Assembly: GCA_964413275.1 (NCBI GenBank)
Contig: CAYPSO010000010.1
Location: 1,575-65,574, forward strand
Direction of reading: 5' to 3'
Source: an uncultured bacterium
Lineage (GTDB): Bacteria > Cyanobacteriota > Cyanobacteriia > Cyanobacteriales > JAABRE01
Length of the DNA: 64,000 nt
A program made the translations under genes and the position numbers. Within the stretch, counting starts at the first letter, position 1. Each line of letters opens with the position of its first letter. This document shows positions 38,209-49,429 of this stretch, piece after piece. The notes under the pieces are model-generated. The model saw only the letters and a list, made by a program, of their open reading frames with translations, searched no databases and was not told the DNA's origin.

Positions 38209-39477
38209 TCACTTGTTTAAAGTAAAGTAACTAGATATTATTTCTATAGCCTGCTTAACTCCATCTTCTGCTTGAATTTTTTGTGCAATTGCATTTGCTT
38301 GTTTTGCCATAGTTGGATCCCTCACTGCTATTTTTATTGCTGTTGCCAAATCCTCTACGGTTAACTTTGCTTTAGGAATTGGCGGTGGACTTGTTCCCAA
38401 TTTCATCACCCTGTCGCCCCAAAACGGCTGATCGCTAAAGAAAGGCACAATAACAGACGGTACACCAGCTTTGAGAGCCGCCGAAGTTGTTCCTGCCCCA
38501 CCATGATGGACGATCGCAGCCATTTTAGGAAATAACCAATCATGGGGTACTGAATCTAGCAAAAATACATGATCTGGTAAATCAGTTTGGGTAATGCCAC
38601 CCCAACCAGTGAGCAAAATAGCCCTTTGTTCTGACTGTTTGAGAGCAGCTAAAATAAGCTCAGTAAGTTGGAGAGGTTCACGTTCGCTCATGCTACCAAA
38701 ACCAATATAAACAGGAGGCGGCGATTCCTCTGCTAAAAAATTCAGCAACGACTCCGAGGCTTGCCAATCGACTGACTGTTCTAGAAACCAGTATCCAGTA
38801 ACGTATAAACGATCGCCCCAGTTTTTTGGTTTGGGTACGACTATGGGACTATAGCCATAGAGAACGGGCGTATTAGCACGATTGAGACGACGATAGAGCG
38901 TAGCAAAGGGAACTGCCGGGAGATGTAACTGGGATTTGCGAAACTCATTTAGCGGTTTACTAAACACTAATCCAAACGCTTCAGTTAGAAATGGATAACT
39001 CCATTGATTTAAAAGACGACCTAAACGCAATGTAGGCGGTACAGAAGGACAAGCAAAATCTGGATTGGCACTTATGGGAATTAAAGAAGCTAGGAAACAC
39101 GGTATTCCCAAGGCTTGAGCAATATCATATCCCCAGATTGTCAAAGTTGTGAAAATAATCCCATCACTATCTTGACAAATCTCCCAAGAATTTAAAATTC
39201 CCTGAGCTACCAGAGGGCGAACTATCTGAGCATATCGCTGAATTAACTGGATTGGATTTTTGCTCTCCAACATTTGCCGCCCGGCTTCACTGGCCATTAT
39301 TGCTTGTACATCATCTGAGATCGAAGCAAACTCCAGTCCATATTGTTGTATCATTCCTTCAAAGGTATCGTGGGTAGCAATAGTAATCTCAAACCCAGAC
39401 TTTTTTAACCCCAAACCAAGGGCGATGAAGGGTTGAACATCTCCTCGCGATCCGGTTGTCAAAATAGTAATTTTCAC
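38209..39477 (-). CDS. GT1 glycosyltransferase (sterol 3-beta-glucosyltransferase / macrolide GT-like)
   Basis: GSRGDVQPFIAL, VYIGFGSM, VPHDWLFP, HHGGAGTT, PFFSDQPFWG. Confidence 0.88.
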   Translation of the reverse strand: MKITILTTGSRGDVQPFIALGLGLKKSGFEITIATHDTFEGMIQQYGLEFASISDDVQAIMASEAGRQMLESKNPIQLIQRYAQIVRPLVAQGILNSWEICQDSDGIIFTTLTIWGYDIAQALGIPCFLASLIPISANPDFACPSVPPTLRLGRLLNQWSYPFLTEAFGLVFSKPLNEFRKSQLHLPAVPFATLYRRLNRANTPVLYGYSPIVVPKPKNWGDRLYVTGYWFLEQSVDWQASESLLNFLAEESPPPVYIGFGSMSEREPLQLTELILAALKQSEQRAILLTGWGGITQTDLPDHVFLLDSVPHDWLFPKMAAIVHHGGAGTTSAALKAGVPSVIVPFFSDQPFWGDRVMKLGTSPPPIPKAKLTVEDLATAIKIAVRDPTMAKQANAIAQKIQAEDGVKQAIEIISSYFTLNK

Positions 39478-39786
39478 GATTTTAACCTCTATGAAGTTTC
39501 TCTATCCTTAGCTACACAATCTCTGCTATTTTTCCCAGTAAGTTTCACATTGCTTATCTATATTTTTTTAATTAGATTGAGTAGAGAATTTTCATTTTCA
39601 AATTTTTTGCCTATTTCTGCTACTAATGGTGCAACTATGTTAGAACCAGTAATGGTTAATTTTCCTTCTTTTGTCCCTACTGTGAAATGTTGAGGAATAC
39701 CTTTAAGCCAAAAGCGTACTTCTTGCACAGATTCTACTCAAAACCATTATACTGGCTTTGTATCCTACCCAAAAAATAGCCAAATC

Positions 39787-40917
39787 TTGAATAATTTTAT
39801 AAGCTACTCTCCAAAGAGTGAGAAAATTAGGGTAATTAAAAAGTCAGATTTTGTTCTCAAGCCCTATATGAAGAGCAACAACTTTCGGGCAATTTATCAA
39901 ATCCTAAATACTGTTTTACCTTACTTCTTTTTGTGGTTTCTGGCAGTTAAAGCTGCTCCAATTTCTCCTTGGCTTCTTCCACTCATCATGGTTTTGATGA
40001 TACTTTTTTCGCTACGTTGTTTTTCTTTAATGCACGATTGTGGACATTATTCGCTCTTTCGTTCAAAAAAGCTAAATCGGATATTCGGTTTTATTCTAGG
40101 AGTTATTAATGCTATTCCCCAATATCCTTGGTCAAGAGGTCATACTTACCACCATAAAACCAATGGTGATTGGGAACGCTATAGAGGCCCATCTGCATTG
40201 ATTTCAACTGAGGAATTTATCAAACTTACGCCTCTGGCTCAGAAATATTATGAATGGCTGAGACACCCATTAATGCTCTTTCCCGGAGGTTTTTTCTACC
40301 TAGCTATTAAGCCAAGACTTGCTCTCATAGCAGGAATTTATGATTTTATTGGTCATCTGTTCACTTGCTTGAAGAAAAATTCTTCTATGAGTCTATCGCA
40401 AATTATCTCTTCTCATAAGTCTAGAAATTGGTACACAGCAGCAGAGTTTTGGGATTTGTTCTTCAATAATATTTGCGTTGTTAGTAGCTGGATTATCCTT
40501 AGCTATTTCCTTGGAGCAGGATTTTTCTTAAGTATTTACTCAATTACTTTAACTTTTTCAGCCGCCATATTCATTTATGTTTTCTTTGTACAGCATAACT
40601 TTGAAGGTTCTTATGCCCACAAAACGGATGGTTGGGATTATTTACTTGGAGCTATTGAGGGCAGTAGTTATTTAAAGTTGCCAATGATTCTTCAGTGGTT
40701 TTCTGCAAACATCGGGTATCATAATATTCATCATCTTTCTGAAAGAATTCCTAACTATAATCTTGAAGCTTGTCATAATGTAAATATTCATCTTCTCTCA
40801 AAATCAAAAACACTTCGGATTGCAGATATGATTGATTGCTCCAAATTTATTCTTTGGGATTCTGCTTCAAATAAACTTGTATCAATTAAGGATATTGCCA
40901 ACTCAAGAATCAGTTAA
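39787..40917 (+). CDS. Membrane fatty-acid desaturase
   Basis: Three His boxes HDCGH, HTYHH, HNIHH plus VQHNFE. Confidence 0.9.
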   Translation: MNNFISYSPKSEKIRVIKKSDFVLKPYMKSNNFRAIYQILNTVLPYFFLWFLAVKAAPISPWLLPLIMVLMILFSLRCFSLMHDCGHYSLFRSKKLNRIFGFILGVINAIPQYPWSRGHTYHHKTNGDWERYRGPSALISTEEFIKLTPLAQKYYEWLRHPLMLFPGGFFYLAIKPRLALIAGIYDFIGHLFTCLKKNSSMSLSQIISSHKSRNWYTAAEFWDLFFNNICVVSSWIILSYFLGAGFFLSIYSITLTFSAAIFIYVFFVQHNFEGSYAHKTDGWDYLLGAIEGSSYLKLPMILQWFSANIGYHNIHHLSERIPNYNLEACHNVNIHLLSKSKTLRIADMIDCSKFILWDSASNKLVSIKDIANSRIS

Positions 40918-40997
40918 TCGAAAGCAATTGCCGGTTTTCTTTTAAAATGATAATTACTTAATTTTGAGAGGATACGCTTGAAGTATATTACACAAAA

Positions 40998-42494
40998 ATG
41001 ATCGACATAATATTAATAGCTTTAGGTGGTGGGATTTTAATGGGGTTGACAACAGCCCCTTTTAATATGTGGTTTTTAGCTTGGTTTGCTTTAGTTCCTT
41101 TATGGATAATTATTGTTAAAAATAACTGGCGAGAAAATATATTAATTTCTTTAGCTTGGGGAGCAGGTTATCATGGTTTAGCTTTATTTTGGATTACGGG
41201 TATTCACCCAATGACATGGATGGGAGTACCTTGGCTTGCTTCATTTTTAATTGCTATTTTGGTTTGGCTATTTATTACTTTTTGGGGGGCATTACTTGTA
41301 ATAATTTGGTCATTTTTATTTAAAATTTTATCTCATAAAAATATATTTATTAGAATTTTATTAGGTATATCTTTATGGTGTATTTTAGAATATATTTGGA
41401 GTAATGGCGATTTATGGTGGACGAGTTTATCCTTTACCCAAAGTCCCTATAATTTATATATTTTACATCTAAGTCAAATTTCTGGCCCGACTACAGTAAC
41501 GGCAATTATTATTTTAATTAATGGTTTAATTGCGGAATCATTTTTACAAAAAAAATATAGCAAAATTTTTTTATTATCAGCATTAATAATTTTATTATCA
41601 ACTCATATTTTGGGTTATTTAATATATCAAAAACCTATTGTCACCTACTCAACAGATAAAATAAAAATAGGGATTATTCAAGGCAATATTCCTAATACTA
41701 TTAAACTTTATCCTGAAGGTTGGCGGAAAGCAGTTGAAGGTTATACAACTGGATATAAAAAATTAGCTAGTGAAGGTGTAGAATTAATCTTAACTCCCGA
41801 AACTGCATTACCTTTTTATTGGAATGATTTAGTAGAAGGTAATGACCTATTTTATCAAGCAATTAAAAAAGAAAAAATTCCTGTTTTGGTAGGAGCATTT
41901 GGCAAGGAAGGTAAGAGTTTTACTAACAGTTTATTTATGATAAATAGTAATGGAGAAACCTTAAATCGTTATGATAAAGTTAAATTAGTACCATTAGGAG
42001 AATATATTCCCTTTGAGAAAGTTTTGGGTAAAATAATCGATCGCCTTTCACCTTTAGATAGCCATTTATTACGAGGAAATAGGGAGCAAATTATTGATAC
42101 TCCTCTTGGTCAAGCAATTGTTGGTATCTGTTATGAATCTGCATTTAGCGAGCATTTTCGCCGTCAAACTGCACGGGGAGGAGAGTTTATCATTACTGCT
42201 TCTAATAATGCCCATTATAGCGATGTAATGCCTGCTCAACATCATGGCCAAGATGTCATGAGGGCAATAGAAAATGATAGATGGATTGCTAGAGCAACTA
42301 ATACTGGTTATTCTGCCATCGTCGATCCCCATGGAGTTACTTACTGGATTTCTCAACTTAATAAATATGAGTTACATATTGATAATATTTATCGCAGAAA
42401 TACGCAAACTTTATATGTTAAATATGGCGATTGGTTAACGATATTTTTCTTAGTTTTAACAGTTATTTTAACTACTAAAATTTTATATTCATAA
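40998..42494 (+). CDS. lnt: Apolipoprotein N-acyltransferase
   Basis: IQGNIP, TPETALP, YDKVKLVPLGEYIP, GICYES, RATNTG. Confidence 0.93.
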   Translation: MIDIILIALGGGILMGLTTAPFNMWFLAWFALVPLWIIIVKNNWRENILISLAWGAGYHGLALFWITGIHPMTWMGVPWLASFLIAILVWLFITFWGALLVIIWSFLFKILSHKNIFIRILLGISLWCILEYIWSNGDLWWTSLSFTQSPYNLYILHLSQISGPTTVTAIIILINGLIAESFLQKKYSKIFLLSALIILLSTHILGYLIYQKPIVTYSTDKIKIGIIQGNIPNTIKLYPEGWRKAVEGYTTGYKKLASEGVELILTPETALPFYWNDLVEGNDLFYQAIKKEKIPVLVGAFGKEGKSFTNSLFMINSNGETLNRYDKVKLVPLGEYIPFEKVLGKIIDRLSPLDSHLLRGNREQIIDTPLGQAIVGICYESAFSEHFRRQTARGGEFIITASNNAHYSDVMPAQHHGQDVMRAIENDRWIARATNTGYSAIVDPHGVTYWISQLNKYELHIDNIYRRNTQTLYVKYGDWLTIFFLVLTVILTTKILYS

Positions 42495-42572
42495 AAATTT
42501 TTTCATTTGCATTACAAGGTTAATTCAAGTTAGGATCGAAATAATTTTTTTGTTACATTGGGCATTAAATTT

Positions 42573-43133
42573 TTATAAAATATCTTTAACTTTTATTTCA
42601 CAATCAGGGAAAATTGTTAGATCGATCTTGTCATCTATTTGATAATTAGTAATATTTTTATACAACTTACCTTGGGGATTTTGATATACCTGAATTATAT
42701 TTTCATTAATATTAATTAACCACATTTCTGTAATATTATTTTCTGCATAAAGCGGTATTTTTATTTGGCGATCGTATTCTATACTCGTATCAGCTACCTC
42801 AATTAATAATAATATATCTTCAGATTTAGGATGTTCTGTAGCGTAAAAATCAGATTTGGGTTTTAATAATACAACATCTGGTTGTGGTTGAGAATTATCA
42901 TTTAATTTAATAGGATCTTGAATACCTAAAATTACCTTATTACCCAATTTTTGAGCAAATAATTGATTTATTTTTTTGACGCAACTTGCGTGTTTGAGTC
43001 CTACGGGCGACATTTTAATAATTTCTCCTCTGATTAACTCTACTTTATCCTGAGCTTTAAGAATACCAATTTCTATCATTTGATGGTATTCGGCAAGGGT
43101 ATATTTCTTAGTAGATAAGATTAAAGATGTCAT
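42573..43133 (-). CDS. Uma2-family protein
   Basis: ELIRGEII, PQPDVVLL, LIEVADTS, KIPLYA. Confidence 0.9.
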   Translation of the reverse strand: MTSLILSTKKYTLAEYHQMIEIGILKAQDKVELIRGEIIKMSPVGLKHASCVKKINQLFAQKLGNKVILGIQDPIKLNDNSQPQPDVVLLKPKSDFYATEHPKSEDILLLIEVADTSIEYDRQIKIPLYAENNITEMWLININENIIQVYQNPQGKLYKNITNYQIDDKIDLTIFPDCEIKVKDIL

Positions 43134-43200
43134 AGTTTTTAAAACTCCCTATGATAGGGTTCCTTGTGTTTTTGCTTCTCCCAATATTTTATCCTAAAAT

Positions 43201-44076
43201 TCAACCAAAATTTACAGGTAATAATGGTAATAAAAGAGTAACAAAATAGTAAACTAAAGGTGCGGTAAATACATAACTATCAGTACGATCTAAAATACCA
43301 CCATGCCCCGGAATTAAATCTCCTGAATCTTTAACCCCTGCATCTCTTTTCATCATTGATTCAGTTAAATCACCCAGTAAACTGGTAATTCCTATCAGCA
43401 TCCCCAGAGTAATACCGCTAATTTGCCACAAATTCCAGTGTAAATACCAAGCACCAAATTCTGCGACACTCAAGCTACCAATAACACCAAAAATAGTACC
43501 TTCAACCGTTTTTTTCGGACTAATCTGAGATAATTTAGTCCGTCCTAAAGTTTTTCCCATGATATAAGCACCAATATCCGCCGCCCAAATACAAGCCATT
43601 GCTAAAACAGTAATAGTTAAAGCAGGGGGAAAACTACTTGGGTCTGTCCAATTTGTGGGAAAATAACCATTAAGAGGTAAATTACTAATATTTTCTAAAC
43701 CTACTCGTAACCTAATCCAATAACTAGGTAAATAACCACCATAAAATAAACCTAAAATTGAGCTAGAAATATCGGCAATACTAGCAATTTTTGGCTCAAA
43801 TAATAGGTAAAAACAAATAAAAGTTCCAGCTATAGCAAACATTGCATCTGTAAAAGATGAATTAATGCTAGTAATAATGATTAAAATTTGGGATACTACC
43901 AAAGTGCTTTTAACTGCTGGTTTAGTGCCTTTAGCTTTTACCAGTCGAAAATATTCTAATTGTCCTAAAAATACTAATACACTAATGCCAATAGTAAAAT
44001 ACCAACCACCCAAAATCAGCATAACTAAGGCGATAGCAATGGCAATTATGGCAGTTATAATCCGAGTCCAATTCAT
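43201..44076 (-). CDS. cdsA: Phosphatidate cytidylyltransferase
   Basis: WAADIGAY, ISPKKTVEG, GDLTESMMKRDAGVKDSG, GHGGILDR. Confidence 0.95.
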   Translation of the reverse strand: MNWTRIITAIIAIAIALVMLILGGWYFTIGISVLVFLGQLEYFRLVKAKGTKPAVKSTLVVSQILIIITSINSSFTDAMFAIAGTFICFYLLFEPKIASIADISSSILGLFYGGYLPSYWIRLRVGLENISNLPLNGYFPTNWTDPSSFPPALTITVLAMACIWAADIGAYIMGKTLGRTKLSQISPKKTVEGTIFGVIGSLSVAEFGAWYLHWNLWQISGITLGMLIGITSLLGDLTESMMKRDAGVKDSGDLIPGHGGILDRTDSYVFTAPLVYYFVTLLLPLLPVNFG

Positions 44077-44167
44077 AGACTAATCATAATAAAGTTTAGA
44101 AATAGGTTAAGAAAGCCTTATGACAGATTAACATTGTTTATGCACTTAAATAAGCACAATTTTAAGG

Positions 44168-44758
44168 TTATATTTTTTCACCACTTAAAATAAAAATAGG
44201 ATCGACTGCGGCAAAAACCTGATGACGGCCTCTGGTTTCGAGACGGTTAACTCCTGACTGTACTACTTCAATGTTTCTAGCTTGTAATTGGGCTAAACTT
44301 TCTGAAATAGCATAAAGATTTGATAAATTACCTGCTGTGGCAACTATTCTGCCTTCGGGCTGTAAATAACTCCAAATTTCTTTTAATATTTTCTTAATTG
44401 GTTGTCCTCCCTCAATACAAACCCGATTGGGTAGAGGAGATAAATCTTGCAGACATTCTGGAGCATTACCTTCAACTATTTTTACATTCTTAACTCCAAA
44501 GCGATCGCAATTATGCTGAATTAATGTAGATACCTCTTCATCCCTCTCAATGGCAATAATGCTACTATCTGGACATAGCAAGCCCAATTCTACAGGTATT
44601 GTACCAGTTCCTGCACCAATATCCCATAGCACAGAGTTAGATTTCATTCGTAATGCAGAAATTAACAATAATCTTACTTCCCTTTTACTAAGAGGAATAC
44701 CGGGTAAACAGTCAAATAAATCATCTGGGATACCGGGAGTTTTATAAGGCCAAAGCAT
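44168..44758 (-). CDS. cbiT: Cobalt-precorrin-6B C15-methyltransferase (decarboxylating)
   Basis: SKREVR, WDIGAGTGTI, AIERD, EGNAPE. Confidence 0.9.
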   Translation of the reverse strand: MLWPYKTPGIPDDLFDCLPGIPLSKREVRLLLISALRMKSNSVLWDIGAGTGTIPVELGLLCPDSSIIAIERDEEVSTLIQHNCDRFGVKNVKIVEGNAPECLQDLSPLPNRVCIEGGQPIKKILKEIWSYLQPEGRIVATAGNLSNLYAISESLAQLQARNIEVVQSGVNRLETRGRHQVFAAVDPIFILSGEKI

Positions 44759-44819
44759 AATTTGTTATTTAGCTAATAATAATAGGAAATGTTGAGGCAA
44801 CAAAATAAATTAGATTAGA

Positions 44820-46286
44820 TTAATAAACTACTTTAATAGTCTTCAAACTTGGATCGCTGCTACCCGTAATTATAGCATTTTTAGCTATAATTTTTTGTAA
44901 ATAATTAATAGCTTCAATCCTAATTATTTCCCCCGGCATTAAGACAGGTATTCCGGGAGGATAAGGACATATTAATTCAGCACTAATACAGCCGATACTT
45001 TCCTCAAGGTTAATAATTTTATGATCGGCAAAAAAAGCTTCTCTTGGAGAAATAGCACAAGAATAAATTTTTCCTTTAATATAAGAATTAATTTCTTCTA
45101 ATAATTCTTGATCGGAGGAGTAATTATTTTGGTTAACTAAATTTCTCAAACCTTCTACTAATTTATTAATATCAGCTTGAGTATTTCCCAAACTAATGAT
45201 AAAAGTCAAATTATATAACATAGGTAACTCAGCAGTTACTCCTAATTTTTGATGTAAAATTTCATCTGCTTGATAACCAGTTATACCTAAGTTTCGCACA
45301 TCTACGGTTAAACGAGTAATATCAAGATATTGAAAACTAGGTTGAGATTGTTGTAACTCAAATAGTTTTAAACCTTTAATCGATCTTAAGCTGTCTTTTG
45401 CTTGCCGAGCTAATTCTATAGTTTTACCCATTAATTGTTTACCCTGTAATGCCATTTGTTGTCTGGTTGCATCAAGGGAAGCAAGTAGTAAATAACTAGG
45501 GCTGGTTGACTGTAACAATTGTAATGCTTTCCTAATAGAATTACGATCAATTCTATTACCTCGCAAATGCAACATAGAGGATTGAGTCATTGCCCCCAAT
45601 ACCTTATGGGTGGATTGTACTGTTAAATCAGCACCTTGAGATAAAGCGGAGGGAGGTAACTCAGGATGAAAGGTAAAATGCGCTCCGTGTGCTTCATCTA
45701 CTAAAAGAGGAATATTATATTGATGGGTAATCTCGGCTATTTCTTTTAAATCTCCACAAACACCCTGATAAGTGGGATAAACTACCATGACGGCTTTGCT
45801 ATCGGGATGCTGTTGTAGAGCATTTTTTAAATCGAATGGAGAAATACTATAATTAATATCCCAATTAACGTCATAAACAGGGTTAATAAAAATAGGTATT
45901 GCACCAGAAAGCACTAAACCAGAAATTACTGATTGATGAATATTGCGGGGTAAAATTATTTTATCTCCTGCTTTACAGGTAGCTAAAATTGCAGAGATAA
46001 TGCCACAGGTTGAACCATTGATTAAAAAGTAGGTAAAATCAGCCCCGAAAATTTCTGCTGCTAGTTGTTGAGCTTCTAAGATTACTCCTTCGGGAGCAAA
46101 TAAATTATCTAATTCTGGTAATTCGGGTAAATCAGCTTTAAAAACAGCCTTTCCCATTAAATTAATTAACTCATTACTAATTCCTTGTCCTCGTTTATGT
46201 CCGGGCGCATAAAATGCAGCATGGGCATTATTTGCTAATATTTTTATGGTGTCTAATATGGGTATATTTTGTTGATTATTATCCAT
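44820..46286 (-). CDS. PLP-dependent Lys/Arg/Orn decarboxylase
   Basis: PGHKRG, INGSTCG, RNIHQS, VDEAHGAH, QSTHK, QSTSPSY, YPPGIP. Confidence 0.88.
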   Translation of the reverse strand: MDNNQQNIPILDTIKILANNAHAAFYAPGHKRGQGISNELINLMGKAVFKADLPELPELDNLFAPEGVILEAQQLAAEIFGADFTYFLINGSTCGIISAILATCKAGDKIILPRNIHQSVISGLVLSGAIPIFINPVYDVNWDINYSISPFDLKNALQQHPDSKAVMVVYPTYQGVCGDLKEIAEITHQYNIPLLVDEAHGAHFTFHPELPPSALSQGADLTVQSTHKVLGAMTQSSMLHLRGNRIDRNSIRKALQLLQSTSPSYLLLASLDATRQQMALQGKQLMGKTIELARQAKDSLRSIKGLKLFELQQSQPSFQYLDITRLTVDVRNLGITGYQADEILHQKLGVTAELPMLYNLTFIISLGNTQADINKLVEGLRNLVNQNNYSSDQELLEEINSYIKGKIYSCAISPREAFFADHKIINLEESIGCISAELICPYPPGIPVLMPGEIIRIEAINYLQKIIAKNAIITGSSDPSLKTIKVVY

Positions 46287-46409
46287 TTTAAAGAATTATA
46301 AAATAAAATAAATTGAAACAAGACAAATGATTATTATTTGGTGATAAATCTTAAAATTATTTTTTAAATATGCTATAATTTCCTTCAAGTTAAAGTATTA
46401 GTAAATGCT

Positions 46410-47129
46410 ATGTTACTCAATTATAATCCTCTAGCTTGTTTACCTTCAGCCGAAGATTTACCTGACTCTGATGATGCACCTGTGGACAACGAATTACAAG
46501 ACTTAATACCTCATTTGCTTAAGGCAATTTTAGCCTTAATTTGGTCAGAAAAAATGGATTGGTTTTTTGGAGTTGATATGGGGATATATCACGATCCCTA
46601 TCAAGCTGCCATTGTTCCTGATGGGTTTTTAAGTGTAGGTGTTCCTCGAATTATCGATCGAGATTTGCGTTTATCTTATGTATTATGGGAAGAACAAAAA
46701 GCTCCTACTTTAGTATTAGAAATCGTCTCCCATAGACGGCGCAAAGAATATACTGAAAAAAAAGATTTTTATTGTGAAATGGGAGTTTTATATTATGTGA
46801 TATATAATCCTTTACGAAAAAGAAAACGGCGTTTAGAAGTTTATAAATTAATAAATGGTGAATACATTTTACAAGGAAATGAACCAGTTTACTTACAAGA
46901 GTTGGGTTTAGCTATAGGGAAAGAAGAAGGAATTTACCAAGGAATTAAACGGGAATGGTTATATTGGTATGATGAAAATGGTACGCGATATTTAACACCA
47001 GAAGAAAGAATACAGGAAGCGCAAAAAAAAGCATTAAATGCAGAAAAAACAGCTTCAAATGCACAAGAAAGAACTAAAAAATTAGAAGATAGACTAATAA
47101 GTTTAGGAATCAATCCTAATGAAATATGA
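46410..47129 (+). CDS. Uma2-family protein with coiled-coil tail
   Basis: LPDSDDAPVDNELQ, IVPDGF, VLEIVS, GVLYYVIYNP. Confidence 0.88.
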   Translation: MLLNYNPLACLPSAEDLPDSDDAPVDNELQDLIPHLLKAILALIWSEKMDWFFGVDMGIYHDPYQAAIVPDGFLSVGVPRIIDRDLRLSYVLWEEQKAPTLVLEIVSHRRRKEYTEKKDFYCEMGVLYYVIYNPLRKRKRRLEVYKLINGEYILQGNEPVYLQELGLAIGKEEGIYQGIKREWLYWYDENGTRYLTPEERIQEAQKKALNAEKTASNAQERTKKLEDRLISLGINPNEI

Positions 47130-47256
47130 GCTATCATACTCACTTTTCGCTCATTTGAAAAAGCTCTAATTTAAAAAACAAGTTCAAAAGACTAATGACC
47201 AATATTCAGGTAATCTAGTTAATGTAATTAAAGGAATATAACTTAATTAATCATCA

Positions 47257-48348
47257 ATGTTAACAGCAGGAATTGTCGGACTCCCCAATGTCGGAAAATC
47301 TACTCTATTTAATGCTTTAGTTGCTAATGCTAAAGCAGACGCAGCCAATTTTCCCTTTTGCACCATTGAACCAAATGTCGGGGTAGTAGCAGTACCTGAC
47401 GAGCGTTTAGAAGTATTAGCCAATATTTCTAAATCGGAAAAAATTGTGCCTACCCGCATTGAATTTGTTGACATTGCCGGTTTAGTTAAAGGAGCAAGTA
47501 AGGGAGAAGGATTAGGTAATCAATTTTTAGCCAATATTCGAGAAGTAGATGCGATCGTTCATGTGGTACGTTGTTTTGATGATGATGATATTATTCATGT
47601 TTCCGGTTCAGTAGATCCAGCTAGAGATATTGAAATAATTAATTTAGAATTAGTATTAGCAGACTTAGCACAGGTTGAGAAAAAAACAGAAAGAACTCGC
47701 AAGCAAGCTAAAAATAATAAAGAGGCAAAATTAGAGTTAGAAGTATTAGAAAAACTCCTTCCTATTTTAAATGATGGTAAACCTGCCAGACAATTAGAAT
47801 TAACAGAAGAAGAAGAAGAATTAATAAAAGGTTTAGGTTTATTGACTCGCAAGCCGATTATTTATGCGGCTAATGTCTCAGAAGATGACCTAGCAACGGG
47901 GAATAATTGGGTAGAACAAGTTAAAAAAATAGCTTCCACTGAAGATGCAAAAGTAGTAATTATATCTGCTCAAGTAGAATCAGAATTAGTGGAATTACCA
48001 GAGGAAGAAAGGAAAGATTTTCTGGAATCTTTAGGAGTAGCAGAAGGTGGTTTAAAATCACTAATTAAAGCGACTTATGAGCTATTAGGACTTCGTACCT
48101 ACCTCACCACTGGGCCTCAAGAAACCCGTGCTTGGACGATTATTGCAGGTATGAAAGCACCTCAAGCCGCAGGGGTAATCCATACGGATTTTGAAAGGGG
48201 ATTTATTCGTGCTGAAACTGTAGCCTATCAAGACTTAGTTGCTAATGGTTCAATGAATGCTGCTAAAGAAAAAGGTTTAGTTCGCTCTGAAGGTAAGGAA
48301 TATATTGTACAAGAAGGAGATGTATTATTATTTAGATTTAATGTTTAA
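47257..48348 (+). CDS. ychF: Redox-regulated ATPase YchF
   Basis: [46 protein letters not shown]. Confidence 0.97.
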   Translation: MLTAGIVGLPNVGKSTLFNALVANAKADAANFPFCTIEPNVGVVAVPDERLEVLANISKSEKIVPTRIEFVDIAGLVKGASKGEGLGNQFLANIREVDAIVHVVRCFDDDDIIHVSGSVDPARDIEIINLELVLADLAQVEKKTERTRKQAKNNKEAKLELEVLEKLLPILNDGKPARQLELTEEEEELIKGLGLLTRKPIIYAANVSEDDLATGNNWVEQVKKIASTEDAKVVIISAQVESELVELPEEERKDFLESLGVAEGGLKSLIKATYELLGLRTYLTTGPQETRAWTIIAGMKAPQAAGVIHTDFERGFIRAETVAYQDLVANGSMNAAKEKGLVRSEGKEYIVQEGDVLLFRFNV

Positions 48349-48473
48349 ACAACTTGAATTGATGATAAATTTTGAAGATTTGTAGCTAACCGATTGTGTC
48401 CCATGTTTTTTGTGCCAGAATTATGGTTGTTATATAGCTTGCAAAATTTAATCAAGAGGAGTTGTAAAAATTT

Positions 48474-48746
48474 ATGACATCTACTTTAATATTAGCCCAA
48501 TCCCTAAGCACTAATACTGTTGAATGGAGTTTTTCTGTAGCATTAGTGATGATTTTATCTAATTTATTTGCTGTGGTTATTGGACGTTTTGCCATTCAAA
48601 AGGCAGGAGTAGGCCCAGATTTACCCATTGGTAAACCAGCGCTTTGGAAAAATTTTGGTGTTCCTGAATTACTCGCAACTGGAAGTTTAGGACATATTTT
48701 AGGTGCTGGAATGATTTTAGGTTTAGCCAATGCTGGTGTAATCTAA
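48474..48746 (+). CDS. psaK: Photosystem I subunit PsaK
   Basis: Two TM helices; ELLATGSLGHILGAGMILGLANAG. Confidence 0.92.
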   Translation: MTSTLILAQSLSTNTVEWSFSVALVMILSNLFAVVIGRFAIQKAGVGPDLPIGKPALWKNFGVPELLATGSLGHILGAGMILGLANAGVI

Positions 48747-48931
48747 AAAAATCAATAGGATGGTTAGGGGTAATCAATTTTACTCCTACCTGAATAGAAA
48801 TTAATGATAATATGAGTATTAATATTAACTGGCTAAATTAAATCAAATTATAGTAAACTCTGAATAATATAGAAAACAGTTTTTTTCTGGGTAAACCAGC
48901 CTAAACTCTTGATAAGACAGATAAAACATCA

Positions 48932-49321
48932 GTGATTACATTGACATTACTACATCCACTTCAATCAGTACCTGTCCAAAGCTGGAGCTTTGACAGTCAA
49001 GCTGTTATTAAAATAGGGCGTTCCACTGATAATAATGTGGTACTGTATAGCGCCGTAGTTTCTCGCCACCATGTAGAGGTTAGAAAGGTTGGTTCAATTT
49101 GGGAAGTTGCAAATGTTGGTTCTAATGGTACTTATGTTGATGGGAAAAGGGTGACAAAAATGAAGGTATCAGATGGTATGGTAATTCGTTTAGCTAGTTC
49201 TGGCCCTAAAATTCAAATTCGGGTTGGTTCACCAGAATTAAGCCAAGCTGACCAAGAATCTCCCAGTCGCAGGAGAAAAAGCAGACTTACCCAGATTACT
49301 AAGGATACTTTAATTAGTTAG
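48932..49321 (+). CDS. FHA-domain protein
   Basis: IGRSTDN, VSRHH, NGTYVDG. Confidence 0.9.
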   Translation: MITLTLLHPLQSVPVQSWSFDSQAVIKIGRSTDNNVVLYSAVVSRHHVEVRKVGSIWEVANVGSNGTYVDGKRVTKMKVSDGMVIRLASSGPKIQIRVGSPELSQADQESPSRRRKSRLTQITKDTLIS

Positions 49322-49429
49322 GGTTTACTGAACTCGTTTGCTGGTTAAGGTGAGTAGTCAGTAGTCAGTATTCAGTAAGAGAAATGTATTATCTCGCTAT
49401 GTTCCAAAAATAATAAATAGTTCGTTCGG

